In this document: in pieces, positions 34,601-43,039 of the stretch
Layout: each line of letters starts with the position of its first letter
How positions within the stretch are numbered: position 1 is the first letter of the stretch
Source of the DNA: a virus
DNA: 64,000 bases
Virus record (IMG/VR): IMGVR_UViG_3300037743_000151
Location: 7,980-71,979 of that record
Strand: one strand, 5' to 3'
Position numbers and translations under genes: made by a program
The notes under the pieces: model-generated
Seen by the model: only the letters and a program-made list of their open reading frames with translations
What the model was told of the DNA's origin: nothing
Database searches by the model: none

Positions 34601-34634
34601 GGTTCCCACCACCACACGGCACGGAGGACACCGA

Positions 34635-35207
34635 ATGCAGTTCCGCATCACCATCACTGGCACCGCCGAACTCCTCATGCACAACGCCCGCTTGTCCAAC
34701 CCCATTGACCCCGCAGCCAAAGCGATGAAGGCCGTCACCTCCAAGCGCGTCAAGACCGACGACGACCACGAGGAGTTGGCCCGCCTCGAACACCTCGGCT
34801 CGCTTTACTACGACCCCGAGATCGGACCGTTCGTCCCCGGCCAGAACATCGAACGCGCTCTCGTCGACGCCGCCAAGGTCACCAAGTCCGGCGTCAAGGT
34901 CACACGCGGCGTGTTCATCTCCACCAACGTCAACCCCCTCGCCTACAAGGGGCCGCGCGACATCGACGGCCTGTGGGCAGACGAGAACTTCCGGCACATG
35001 GCATCCGTCAAGGTCCAGCAGAACCGCGTGATGCGCTGCCGCCCCATGTTCCGGACCTGGCGCACCGAGGCGGAAGGCACACTGGACACCCGAGTTCTGT
35101 CCCTCGAAGAACTCCAGGGCATCGCGGACACGGCAGGAGCGATGATCGGTCTCGGTGACTACCGCCCCCGCTACGGCCGCTTCACTGCGGAGGTAACCAA
35201 GCTGTGA
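34635..35207 (+). CDS. Hypothetical protein (190 aa, unknown family)
   Basis: GGAGGA SD before ATG 34635. Composition is protein-like and lower in GC than the neighbours. Confidence 0.6.
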   Translation: MQFRITITGTAELLMHNARLSNPIDPAAKAMKAVTSKRVKTDDDHEELARLEHLGSLYYDPEIGPFVPGQNIERALVDAAKVTKSGVKVTRGVFISTNVNPLAYKGPRDIDGLWADENFRHMASVKVQQNRVMRCRPMFRTWRTEAEGTLDTRVLSLEELQGIADTAGAMIGLGDYRPRYGRFTAEVTKL

Positions 35208-35716
35208 ACGGCGTCAAGACCCGCGTGGACGTCCTGTACGAGCTGTTCCAGCGTGCAGACCTAGTCACTTACGAGCAGGCCGCAGAAGCCCTTGGGCTCG
35301 ACCCGATACAGGACCGGAAAGCCATCCGGGACACCATGGGACGCGTCAGAAGGAAGCTGCTCGCCAGGGATGGGCGGGCGCTCCGTTCCGTCCCAGACGT
35401 CGGCTACCGGATCGCTGAACCGAACGAGCACATCACCCTGTACCGCGAGCGTAAGAAGCGTGGGACAAATCAGCTCGTGACGGGTCGCGACGAGCTGAAA
35501 GGCACTGACCTTTCGAGCCTGACGCAGGAGGGCCGGGATGCTGTCCTGGCGGAGAGTGTCGCGGCATCTCGGATCATCGACTTCATCGTGTCGACGGATC
35601 GTCGCTTGCGGAAGCAGGAGGCGAAGATCGATGAGATCAAGGGTGAAGTGACCCGCAACGCCGAGGAGTCTGCGGAGATCAAGAAACGCCTCACCCAGTT
35701 GGAACAGCCTGGGTAG
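35204..35716 (+). CDS. wHTH-like N-terminus plus coiled-coil protein (unknown; small-terminase-like or regulator)
   Basis: GTGA overlap at 35204. C-terminus: RRLRKQEAKIDEIKGEVTRNAEESAEIKKRLTQLE. Confidence 0.55.
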   Translation: MNGVKTRVDVLYELFQRADLVTYEQAAEALGLDPIQDRKAIRDTMGRVRRKLLARDGRALRSVPDVGYRIAEPNEHITLYRERKKRGTNQLVTGRDELKGTDLSSLTQEGRDAVLAESVAASRIIDFIVSTDRRLRKQEAKIDEIKGEVTRNAEESAEIKKRLTQLEQPG

Positions 35717-35720
35717 AGGT

Positions 35721-35772
35721 TGCGGCCGGACATGGCGTGACGTGTCCTGGCACGGTGCGGCCGGACATGGCG
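35721..35772 (+). repeat. 17-nt direct repeat TGCGGCCGGACATGGCG x2
   Basis: Copies at 35721-35737 and 35756-35772. Confidence 0.85.
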
Positions 35773-35816
35773 GGGCAAGGCCGGGCGGGGCGCGGCGCGG
35801 CGGGGCTTCTCTGGGT

Positions 35817-35842
35817 GGGCCCCCACCTTCGGGTGGGGGCCC
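35817..35842 (+). terminator. Strong stem-loop (11-bp stem, TTCG loop)
   Basis: GGGCCCCCACC TTCG GGTGGGGGCCC. Confidence 0.7.
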
Positions 35843-35852
35843 TTCGCCATGC

Positions 35853-35863
35853 CCGGAATGATC
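35853..35863 (+). promoter_or_regulatory. CCGGAATGATC motif, copy 2
   Basis: Exact 11-mer (13-mer GCCCGGAATGATC shared with copy 4), 54 nt before portal ATG 35917. Confidence 0.6.
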
Positions 35864-35916
35864 TTCTCGGCCGCGCTCTTACCCTCCCCTCGCAGACCGC
35901 GAACAGGGAGACCCGG

Positions 35917-37698
35917 ATGGCCTGGTGGCACACCTTCACCCGACGCGGCACACCCACGCCCACACCCCTCCCCACCCACACCGAACAGCAACCCAACGCA
36001 ATCACCGCCGCCGCAGCACCCGTCTCCAGCCCCCGCACCGACCTCATCCGCAACACCGACGGCTGGCAAGAAGAAGTCTGGGGATTCCACGACACCCTCG
36101 GCGAATTCCGGTACGCCACCGACTGGGAAGCCAAACGCTTCTCCCGCGTCCGCCTCTACGCCGCCAAGCTGGAGCCAGGGGCCGACGAGCCCGTACGCGC
36201 CAAGGCCGGAACCGCCGTCGACCTCATGACGGCGTTCGCTGGTGGCCCCGCCGGACAAGCGCAGATCATGGGCGGCCTCGCCACGCAACTACGGGTCCCC
36301 GGCGAGGGCTACCTCATCGTCGAGAGCGTGAGCGGTATCGAGCAGTGGTCGGTGCGCTCCATCGACGAAGTCCGTGCCGCACGCCAGCGGTACGAGGTCA
36401 TCGACGAGAACAGCCCGCAGTCCGGCAACAACTGGCGCCCCCTCGCCCCCGACTCGATGGCACCGATCCGGGTATGGCGGCCGAACAAGCGCTGGCACCA
36501 CATCGCCGACAGCCCCACCCGCGCCGCGCGTTCCACGATGCGGGAACTGGAGTTGGTGAACCGGCACATCGTTGCCCAGTACCTGTCGCGGCTCGCGTCC
36601 GCCGGTGTCGTCATGTTCCCGTCGGAGGTCACCTTCCCGCAGAAGGAGGAGTTCGCCGACGCGCCGGACCCGTTTGTCGCCGAGTGGATCGAGAACGCGA
36701 GGGTCGCGATCGATCAGCCGGGCACCGCCAGTGCCGTGATCCCGATGCCGATCAAGGTGCCTTCCGAGCTCGTCGAAAAGATCAAGCATCTCGACTTCAC
36801 CCTGAAGATCGACGAGAAGATCATCGAGAAGCGGGACAGCGCCATCAAGCGCCTCGCCTCCCAGCTCAACGTGCCCGCCGAAGTCCTACTCGGCATGGGC
36901 GATTTGAACCACTGGAACGCCTGGAGCAGCGACGAAACCAGCCTCAAAGTCGACGTCGCCCCCGACGCCGAACTCATCTGCCAGGCCATGACCACCGGCT
37001 ACCTCCAGCCCCGCCTCAAAGCATCCGGCGTCGAAGACTGGGCGAACTGGGTCATCTGGTACGACATGTCAGAACTGACCCTGCGCCCCGACCGGTCAGA
37101 CGACGCCATCGCCCTGTACGACCGCCTGGAACTCAACGGCGCAGCCCTCCGCCGCGAAACCGGATTCAACGAAGCCGACAAGCCGACCAACGAGGAACTC
37201 AAAGAGCAGGCCCTCAAGGTCATCATCCACACCCTGCCGTCCGGCGCCGGTAGCGCGCTCACCGAACTCATCGGCGAGCAGGTCACCATCGCCGCGACCG
37301 CACCCATCGCCCCCGGCGAACAACCCGAGCCGGAGCCCCCGCCGGAAGACCGCACACCACCCGACCCCGACATTGCACGCGAGGCGACCGCGCAAGCCCG
37401 CGAGGACCGCATGGTTGCGCAGGCCCGCGAGCTGCACGCCGTCCGGTTCACGGTCGGCCGGCCTACGGAGCTGCTGCACCCGGCGGCGTGTTCGCAGCAC
37501 GCCTACTCCTGCCCGTTCACGCACGCCGCATTGAAGCTCGCCGACCTGCCGAGGCCCGGGACGTCGGGTGTGTATGAGGCGCGCCTGGATCCGTTCGGCC
37601 GGTTCACGATCGGCCGGCATGCGCCGCTGATGGACACGTCCGGCTTCTTCTCGACGATGACTCGGAGCAGTAATGGATTCGCTCGCAGCCGCGGCTGA
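35917..37698 (+). CDS. Portal protein
   Basis: AGGGAGA SD. About 590 aa, positioned before MuF/protease. Typical portal length and composition. Confidence 0.75.
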   Translation: MAWWHTFTRRGTPTPTPLPTHTEQQPNAITAAAAPVSSPRTDLIRNTDGWQEEVWGFHDTLGEFRYATDWEAKRFSRVRLYAAKLEPGADEPVRAKAGTAVDLMTAFAGGPAGQAQIMGGLATQLRVPGEGYLIVESVSGIEQWSVRSIDEVRAARQRYEVIDENSPQSGNNWRPLAPDSMAPIRVWRPNKRWHHIADSPTRAARSTMRELELVNRHIVAQYLSRLASAGVVMFPSEVTFPQKEEFADAPDPFVAEWIENARVAIDQPGTASAVIPMPIKVPSELVEKIKHLDFTLKIDEKIIEKRDSAIKRLASQLNVPAEVLLGMGDLNHWNAWSSDETSLKVDVAPDAELICQAMTTGYLQPRLKASGVEDWANWVIWYDMSELTLRPDRSDDAIALYDRLELNGAALRRETGFNEADKPTNEELKEQALKVIIHTLPSGAGSALTELIGEQVTIAATAPIAPGEQPEPEPPPEDRTPPDPDIAREATAQAREDRMVAQARELHAVRFTVGRPTELLHPAACSQHAYSCPFTHAALKLADLPRPGTSGVYEARLDPFGRFTIGRHAPLMDTSGFFSTMTRSSNGFARSRG

Positions 37699-40600
37699 CG
37701 GCTCGCACATGTCGGGCGCGATGGTGGCGCTGATGCCGACGCCGGAGGATGCGGCCCGGCTGGCGATCGAGGGCGGCGAGGACGCGGAGCAACTGCACCT
37801 GACGCTGTACTTCCTCGGCGACGACGGCGACGCGTGGACCGAGGACCAGCAAGCAGAGCTGATCGGCAGCCTGCGAGCGCTCGCCGCCTCCCAACTATCC
37901 GGGCCCATCACCGGGTTCGCGTTCGGTGCGAACCACTGGAACGCAGGCAGCGACTCCCCGTCGTGGGTGTGGGCCGTCGGCGACGACCGCGACCGGGAGG
38001 CCGACGCACCCTCACTGGCCGCCGCGCGCACGGTCACCACGATGGCGCTGGAGGACATCCACGAGCGGCCGTATCTCCCTGTGCAGCACTCGCCTTGGGT
38101 GCCGCATATCTGTGCCGCGTACTCCGATGAGCTGGACCTCATCATCGCCCTGGAGGAGCGCCTCGGACCGGTCGTCTTCGACCGGATCCGGGTGGCGTTC
38201 GCCGGGGACTACACCGACATCCCCCTCGGCGGCGCGGTGACTGCGGCGGCCGAGTGCACTTGCCCTCCGCAGGCTGCAGCCGAATCGGACAGCGATCCGG
38301 ACTGTCGGCACCATGCGTACAACATCCTGATCGCCGCCGGGGCGTCACTGCGTCGTCAGCCCACCGAGTTGGAGCTCGCCTCCCGCGTCGACTTCGCCGC
38401 CATGGACAAGGCCTGGCACGAAGCCGTCGACAGCACCGTCGAAGCCTGGGCCGACATCCAGACCGCGATGCGAGCCGAGGTCACCGCCAGCATCCAGGCC
38501 GCAGCCGAAGCCGACGACTTGGACAGCCTCGACGGCCTCACCATCGACACCGCTGACGGCGCCGCCCTCCTGATCGCCCGCATGATCGCCTACGCGCGGG
38601 AGGCAGGCGAGCAGCAGCAGGCCGAGGCCGAAGCGCAGGGCGTCAGCGTCCCGGAGTGGTCGCTGGACGATGAGGCGATCACCGCAGCTGCGATCCGGGA
38701 CCGGCTGCGGCAGATCGGCCGGACGGCCGCGCGGGTGCTGGGTGTCGGGCTGGTGCAGTCCGCGGTCCGGCAGGCGATGCGCGTATGGGGCTCCGGGTCG
38801 GCGCAGCAGGTGGCGGCGCAGGTCGACGAGCACCTTGCCGGGCTGTCGGGTGCGGCTGTCGAGGAGCAGGTTGGCGGGGCGATGTCGGCGGCCCAGAACG
38901 AGGGGCGCCTCGCGGTGCTCGCGGTCGCGCCGGCCGCCCTGCACGTGGCCACGGAGGCGCTCGACCTCAACTCATGTAAGCCCTGCCGCGACATCGACGG
39001 CACCGAGTACGACACCCTCACCGCGGCCCGTACCGCTTACCCGTCCGGCGGCTACACGGGCTGTCTCGGCGGCGCGCGCTGTCGGGGCACGCTCGTCACC
39101 GTGTGGCCTCAGGACAGCGAGCAGGCCGCCGCCGGAATGATCTTGGCTGCGAGCGCGGCCACAATACCGCCGACCGACCACGAGCAAGGAGGCGGCAGCG
39201 TGCCGTACAGCATCGTGCAAGACCACCCGGACTGCGGTGCCGACAAGCCGTGGGCCGTCACCAAGGACGCCGACAACAGCCTGATGGGCTGCCACGACAG
39301 CGAGGCCGCAGCCGAGGAGCAGCGCGCCGCCCTGTATGCCGAAGAGGGCGGCATGCCCAACGACATGGACAAGCCCGACGACGAGGACATGGACTACGCA
39401 GGCAAGACCGCCCCCTGGCGTGGCCCCCTCGCCATCGAAGGACAGGTCACCGGCGACGGCCGCGAATTCGCCCCCGAAGCCCTCACCTGGGCCGAACTCC
39501 CCGTACCACTCCGGTGGAACAAGGAAGACTCCCACGGCGGAGAAGCCCGCACCATCGCAGTCAACGTGGGCCGCATCGACAAGATCTGGCGCGACGGCAG
39601 CCTCATCATGGGCGAAGGCGTTCTCGACCTCTCCGACGACGACGGCCGCCGCGTCCACGCCAAGATCGAAGGCAAGTTCCTCCGCGGCGTGTCCATCGAC
39701 GCCGACTCCATCGCCGACGCCGACGTCGAGTTCGTGTGGCCCGAAGACGCCAACGCCGGAACCGAAGAAGGCGAAGAGGGCGACCTGCTGGAGATGCTGT
39801 TCGCCCAGCCGGAGAAAATGATTTTCCACGGCGGACGCATCCGCGCCGCGACCCTCGTCGACATCCCCGCCTTCGCCGAGGCGTACATCGCACTCCTCGA
39901 CGAGGCCGGCGCGGTCGTGGCCGGAGGGCAGCCCATTGGCGAGGCCGCGCTTCAGCTGGCGTTGCAGGAGATGGGTGCGGTAGGCACCCACACCACCGCC
40001 ACCTCCGATGGGCCCTGGGACGCAGGCGTGAACGAGAAGCGCATCGACGGCCCGCTGACGGTCGCGAAGGCGCGGGCGGCGTACGGCTGGTACGACGGCG
40101 CCGCAGTCTCCGACGGCGAACTGCCGAAGTCCGCGGCAAAGTTCCTGCACCACGAGATCAACGCCGACGGAACCGCGGGCGCGGCGAACCTTGCCGCCTG
40201 CTCGGCATCCATCGGCGCCTTGCACGGCGCCCGCGGCGGCACGAGCATCCCGGACGCGGACCGGCGCGGCGTGTACGACCACGTTGCCGGGCACCTGCGG
40301 GACGCGGGGCAGGAGCCGGAGCCGTTCCGTTCCCTGCGTTCCGTCACCGCCAGCGCTCCGGCCTCGCATCCGGCGATGACCGGCATGTGGAAGCCTCCCG
40401 CCGAGTGGTTCAGTGATCCGGATCTGCCGTTCCACTGCGGGATCGTCGTCACCGACCAGGGGCGCCTGTACGGGCATGCGGCGCCGTGGGGCGCCTGCCA
40501 TATCGGGTTCGACGGCGAGTGCGTCACCGTCCCGAGGGAGAGTGAGCACTCGCACTACATGACCGGTGAGACGGTCTGTGACGACGGGTCGCGGGTGGCG

Positions 40601-41044
40601 GTCGGTCAGATCACTGTGGGGACGGGGCATGCGCCGCTGCATTTCGGGGCGCAGCCTGCGGCGGAGCACTACGACAACACGGGCACCGCGGTGGCGGATG
40701 TCGCGGTCGGCAACGACAAGCACGGCATTTGGGTCGCGGGTGCGATCCGTCCGAACGCCGACCCTCTGAGTGTGTACGAGCTGCGGGCATCCGGGCGGGT
40801 GTCGGGTGACTGGCGGCGTATCGGCGGCCAGCTGCGCATGGTCGGACTGCTCGGGGTCAACGTCGCCGGGTTCCTGGAGGAGGCGAAGATGCGGACGTTG
40901 GTTTCCGCTGGGCGGCCTCAGGCGTTGGTGGCGGCGGGTGTTCCGAAGCAGCGGTGGGCCATGTCGAAGGACGAGATGGAGCGTCAGGCCGTGCGGGTCG
41001 TGATGCGGATGCTCAGCCGTCGCGTGCACCCGGGAAGGGGGTGA
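37673..41044 (+). CDS. Polyprotein: 2H-phosphoesterase-like domain + MuF-like minor capsid domain + capsid maturation protease-like region
   Basis: HLTLYF and HICAAY motifs at the N-terminus. MuF signature CKPCRDIDGTEY...GGARCRGTLV. Protease-like segment LPVPLRWNKEDSHGG...LRGVSIDADS. Alternative start ATG 37709. Confidence 0.7.
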   Translation: MDSLAAAADGSHMSGAMVALMPTPEDAARLAIEGGEDAEQLHLTLYFLGDDGDAWTEDQQAELIGSLRALAASQLSGPITGFAFGANHWNAGSDSPSWVWAVGDDRDREADAPSLAAARTVTTMALEDIHERPYLPVQHSPWVPHICAAYSDELDLIIALEERLGPVVFDRIRVAFAGDYTDIPLGGAVTAAAECTCPPQAAAESDSDPDCRHHAYNILIAAGASLRRQPTELELASRVDFAAMDKAWHEAVDSTVEAWADIQTAMRAEVTASIQAAAEADDLDSLDGLTIDTADGAALLIARMIAYAREAGEQQQAEAEAQGVSVPEWSLDDEAITAAAIRDRLRQIGRTAARVLGVGLVQSAVRQAMRVWGSGSAQQVAAQVDEHLAGLSGAAVEEQVGGAMSAAQNEGRLAVLAVAPAALHVATEALDLNSCKPCRDIDGTEYDTLTAARTAYPSGGYTGCLGGARCRGTLVTVWPQDSEQAAAGMILAASAATIPPTDHEQGGGSVPYSIVQDHPDCGADKPWAVTKDADNSLMGCHDSEAAAEEQRAALYAEEGGMPNDMDKPDDEDMDYAGKTAPWRGPLAIEGQVTGDGREFAPEALTWAELPVPLRWNKEDSHGGEARTIAVNVGRIDKIWRDGSLIMGEGVLDLSDDDGRRVHAKIEGKFLRGVSIDADSIADADVEFVWPEDANAGTEEGEEGDLLEMLFAQPEKMIFHGGRIRAATLVDIPAFAEAYIALLDEAGAVVAGGQPIGEAALQLALQEMGAVGTHTTATSDGPWDAGVNEKRIDGPLTVAKARAAYGWYDGAAVSDGELPKSAAKFLHHEINADGTAGAANLAACSASIGALHGARGGTSIPDADRRGVYDHVAGHLRDAGQEPEPFRSLRSVTASAPASHPAMTGMWKPPAEWFSDPDLPFHCGIVVTDQGRLYGHAAPWGACHIGFDGECVTVPRESEHSHYMTGETVCDDGSRVAVGQITVGTGHAPLHFGAQPAAEHYDNTGTAVADVAVGNDKHGIWVAGAIRPNADPLSVYELRASGRVSGDWRRIGGQLRMVGLLGVNVAGFLEEAKMRTLVSAGRPQALVAAGVPKQRWAMSKDEMERQAVRVVMRMLSRRVHPGRG
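39132..39142 (+). promoter_or_regulatory. CCGGAATGATC motif, copy 3 (inside the polyprotein ORF)
   Basis: Exact 11-mer, 58 nt before in-frame GTG 39200, which is preceded by AAGGAGG. Confidence 0.5.
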
Positions 41045-41131
41045 ATGGATCGTGTGCAGTTGCAACAAGAGGCGTCGCCCGACACCTCCTCCGCCACCTC
41101 CTCCGAGCGTCTGACCTTTACAAATGCCGGT

Positions 41132-41158
41132 CCGGCCAACCTAATTGACGTTGGCCGG
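41132..41158 (+). other. Hairpin with AT-rich loop; candidate promoter TTGACG-17-TATGCG
   Basis: CCGGCCAAC - ctaattgac - GTTGGCCGG. TTGACG at 41145-41150 and TATGCG at 41168-41173. Flanked by GGATCGTGTGC direct repeats (41047 and 41157). Confidence 0.4.
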
Positions 41159-41237
41159 ATCGTGTGCTATGCGCTAACCTCGGCGATCAAAGGGCGCCAA
41201 CACCGCAGGCGCACACCCCTTCACGCCGGAGGACAAC

Positions 41238-42998
41238 GTGCCAGCCGAGGAACTCTTCAGCGCCCCCACCGACCTCACCCTCGTCGGCGACGACGAACTC
41301 GCCGCCCTCGAAACACAGGGCATCGCCGAGTTCGAGCGCGTCGAAGTCCTTCAGGACGTCGACCCCGAGACCGTCGGCTACGCGCTGCGCCTCGCCAACG
41401 ACCTCGACCGCGTCCGCGCCGAACTCCGAGTCCGCGAGGTCCGCGCCCAGGCCAACGCCGAACTCCAGAGCACCCGCGTCGGCGAACAGCTCGCCGCACT
41501 CAAGGCCCGCGTCCACGGCGAACCCGCAACCCCCGCCGCCGCCGGCGCAGCCGCCGCGGCCATCGACCCCGAAGCGATCGCCGCCGCCGCCGCACGGGGC
41601 GTCACCGCAGGCATGATCGCCATGATGGGCGAACGCCGCGGCAACCTCGACCCCGAGGCCCTCGCACGGCGGGCCACCGCGTCCCTCGCCGAGACTGCCC
41701 GGCACGCCCCCGCGCCGAAGGTCCCCGCCGCGAAGCTCGCGGTCACCGCATCGGTGGACATCCCCGGCGTCGCCCACGGCGGTGAACTCCCCACCCTGCG
41801 CAGCCTGGCCGAGGTCGTGTCGCGCAAGGCCAAGTCGATGCCGGTCACGCAGGACAACCCGAACCACCAGCTCGTCGCGTCGATCCGCAACGACTTCTCG
41901 CACACCATCGACGACCGCACCAGCCCCGGACAGGTCAAGGACCTCATCGAGTTCCTCACCGGCCCCGACAAGCAGCAGGCGTTGGTGGCCGGCGGCGGAT
42001 GGTGCGCCCCGTCCGAGATCCGCTACGACTTCTTCAACATCGCCTGCGAAGACGGCATGATCGACCTGCCCACCTTCGGCGTCAGCCGCGGCGGCATCCA
42101 GTTCCCCGTCTCCCCGAGCCTCGCCGACGCACTCGGCGGCGGCACCGCCTTCGCCGGATTCGCCGCCACCCTCTCCAACACGTCGACGCCGTTCCTGTGG
42201 ACCGAGGCCGACGACATCGCCGCCGCCACCGGCTCCCCGACGAAGCCGTGCATCCGCGTTCCCTGCCCGGACTTCGACGAAGCGCGCCTTGAGTGCTACG
42301 GCTACTGCCTCACCGCAGGCAACCTCACCGACGACGCCTACCCCGAGGCGACGCAGCACATGCTGCAACTCCTCATGTCCGCGCACGCGCACGTCATCAA
42401 CGCCCAACTGATCGCCCAGATGCTCCTCGCGTCCAGCGCGACCACCACCATCACCGGCGGCGCAGTCACCGACGCAGCAGCCCCCAAGATTTACAACGCG
42501 GTCGGACTGGCCGCCACCGACTACCGTGCCCGCTACGGCATGTGCATCGACGACGTCCTCGAAGTCGTCCTCCCGTACTGGGTCCGCGAAGTCATTCGCG
42601 GCGACCTCGCCTGGAAGGCAGGCGTTGAACTCCAGGCCGTCACCAACGCGGAGGTCGACTCCTACTTCGTCGCCCGCAACGTCCGCCCGCAGTGGGTCAA
42701 CGACTGGCAGGTCCGCGGCGCCTCGCAGTTCGGCAACGCCACCGCGATGACGGCTTGGCCGACGACCGTGGACTTCCTCATCTACGCGGCCGGCACGTTC
42801 ATCCACGGCAACGGCCTGTCCCTGGACCTCGGTGTGATCCGCGACTCGGTTCTCAACGAGACCAACGACCACACCGCGGCCTGGTCCGAGGAGTGCCACC
42901 TTGTGGCCCGGGTCGGCCACGAGTCCCGCCGCTACACGGTCGGCTTCAACGTCAACGGCTCCACGTCGGCGCTCCTCACCGGCACTGTCCGCGTCTGA
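41238..42998 (+). CDS. Major capsid protein with N-terminal scaffold-like (coiled-coil/Ala-rich) region
   Basis: GGAGGA SD and GTG start; 586 aa. GGGWCAPSE motif region typical of actinophage capsid proteins. Lies after the protease. Confidence 0.7.
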   Translation: MPAEELFSAPTDLTLVGDDELAALETQGIAEFERVEVLQDVDPETVGYALRLANDLDRVRAELRVREVRAQANAELQSTRVGEQLAALKARVHGEPATPAAAGAAAAAIDPEAIAAAAARGVTAGMIAMMGERRGNLDPEALARRATASLAETARHAPAPKVPAAKLAVTASVDIPGVAHGGELPTLRSLAEVVSRKAKSMPVTQDNPNHQLVASIRNDFSHTIDDRTSPGQVKDLIEFLTGPDKQQALVAGGGWCAPSEIRYDFFNIACEDGMIDLPTFGVSRGGIQFPVSPSLADALGGGTAFAGFAATLSNTSTPFLWTEADDIAAATGSPTKPCIRVPCPDFDEARLECYGYCLTAGNLTDDAYPEATQHMLQLLMSAHAHVINAQLIAQMLLASSATTTITGGAVTDAAAPKIYNAVGLAATDYRARYGMCIDDVLEVVLPYWVREVIRGDLAWKAGVELQAVTNAEVDSYFVARNVRPQWVNDWQVRGASQFGNATAMTAWPTTVDFLIYAAGTFIHGNGLSLDLGVIRDSVLNETNDHTAAWSEECHLVARVGHESRRYTVGFNVNGSTSALLTGTVRV

Positions 42999-43039
42999 CC
43001 ATCTCAGTGGAACAAGTAGCAGAAGGGTGGTGAGCGCCG

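Noticed and set aside
34040-34634. tRNA genes or a CRISPR array in the long non-coding region
   Set aside because: The hairpins do not assemble into a cloverleaf with anticodon and T-arm features. The repeats are degenerate and irregularly spaced.
35849-36229. 126-aa ORF starting at the ATG inside motif copy 2
   Set aside because: It is out of frame with, and overlaps, the well-supported portal gene. The product is Pro/Ser/Thr-rich off-frame sequence.
41045-41785. 246-aa plus-strand ORF beginning right after the protease
   Set aside because: It is extremely Arg/Pro-rich, and most of it overlaps the capsid gene out of frame.
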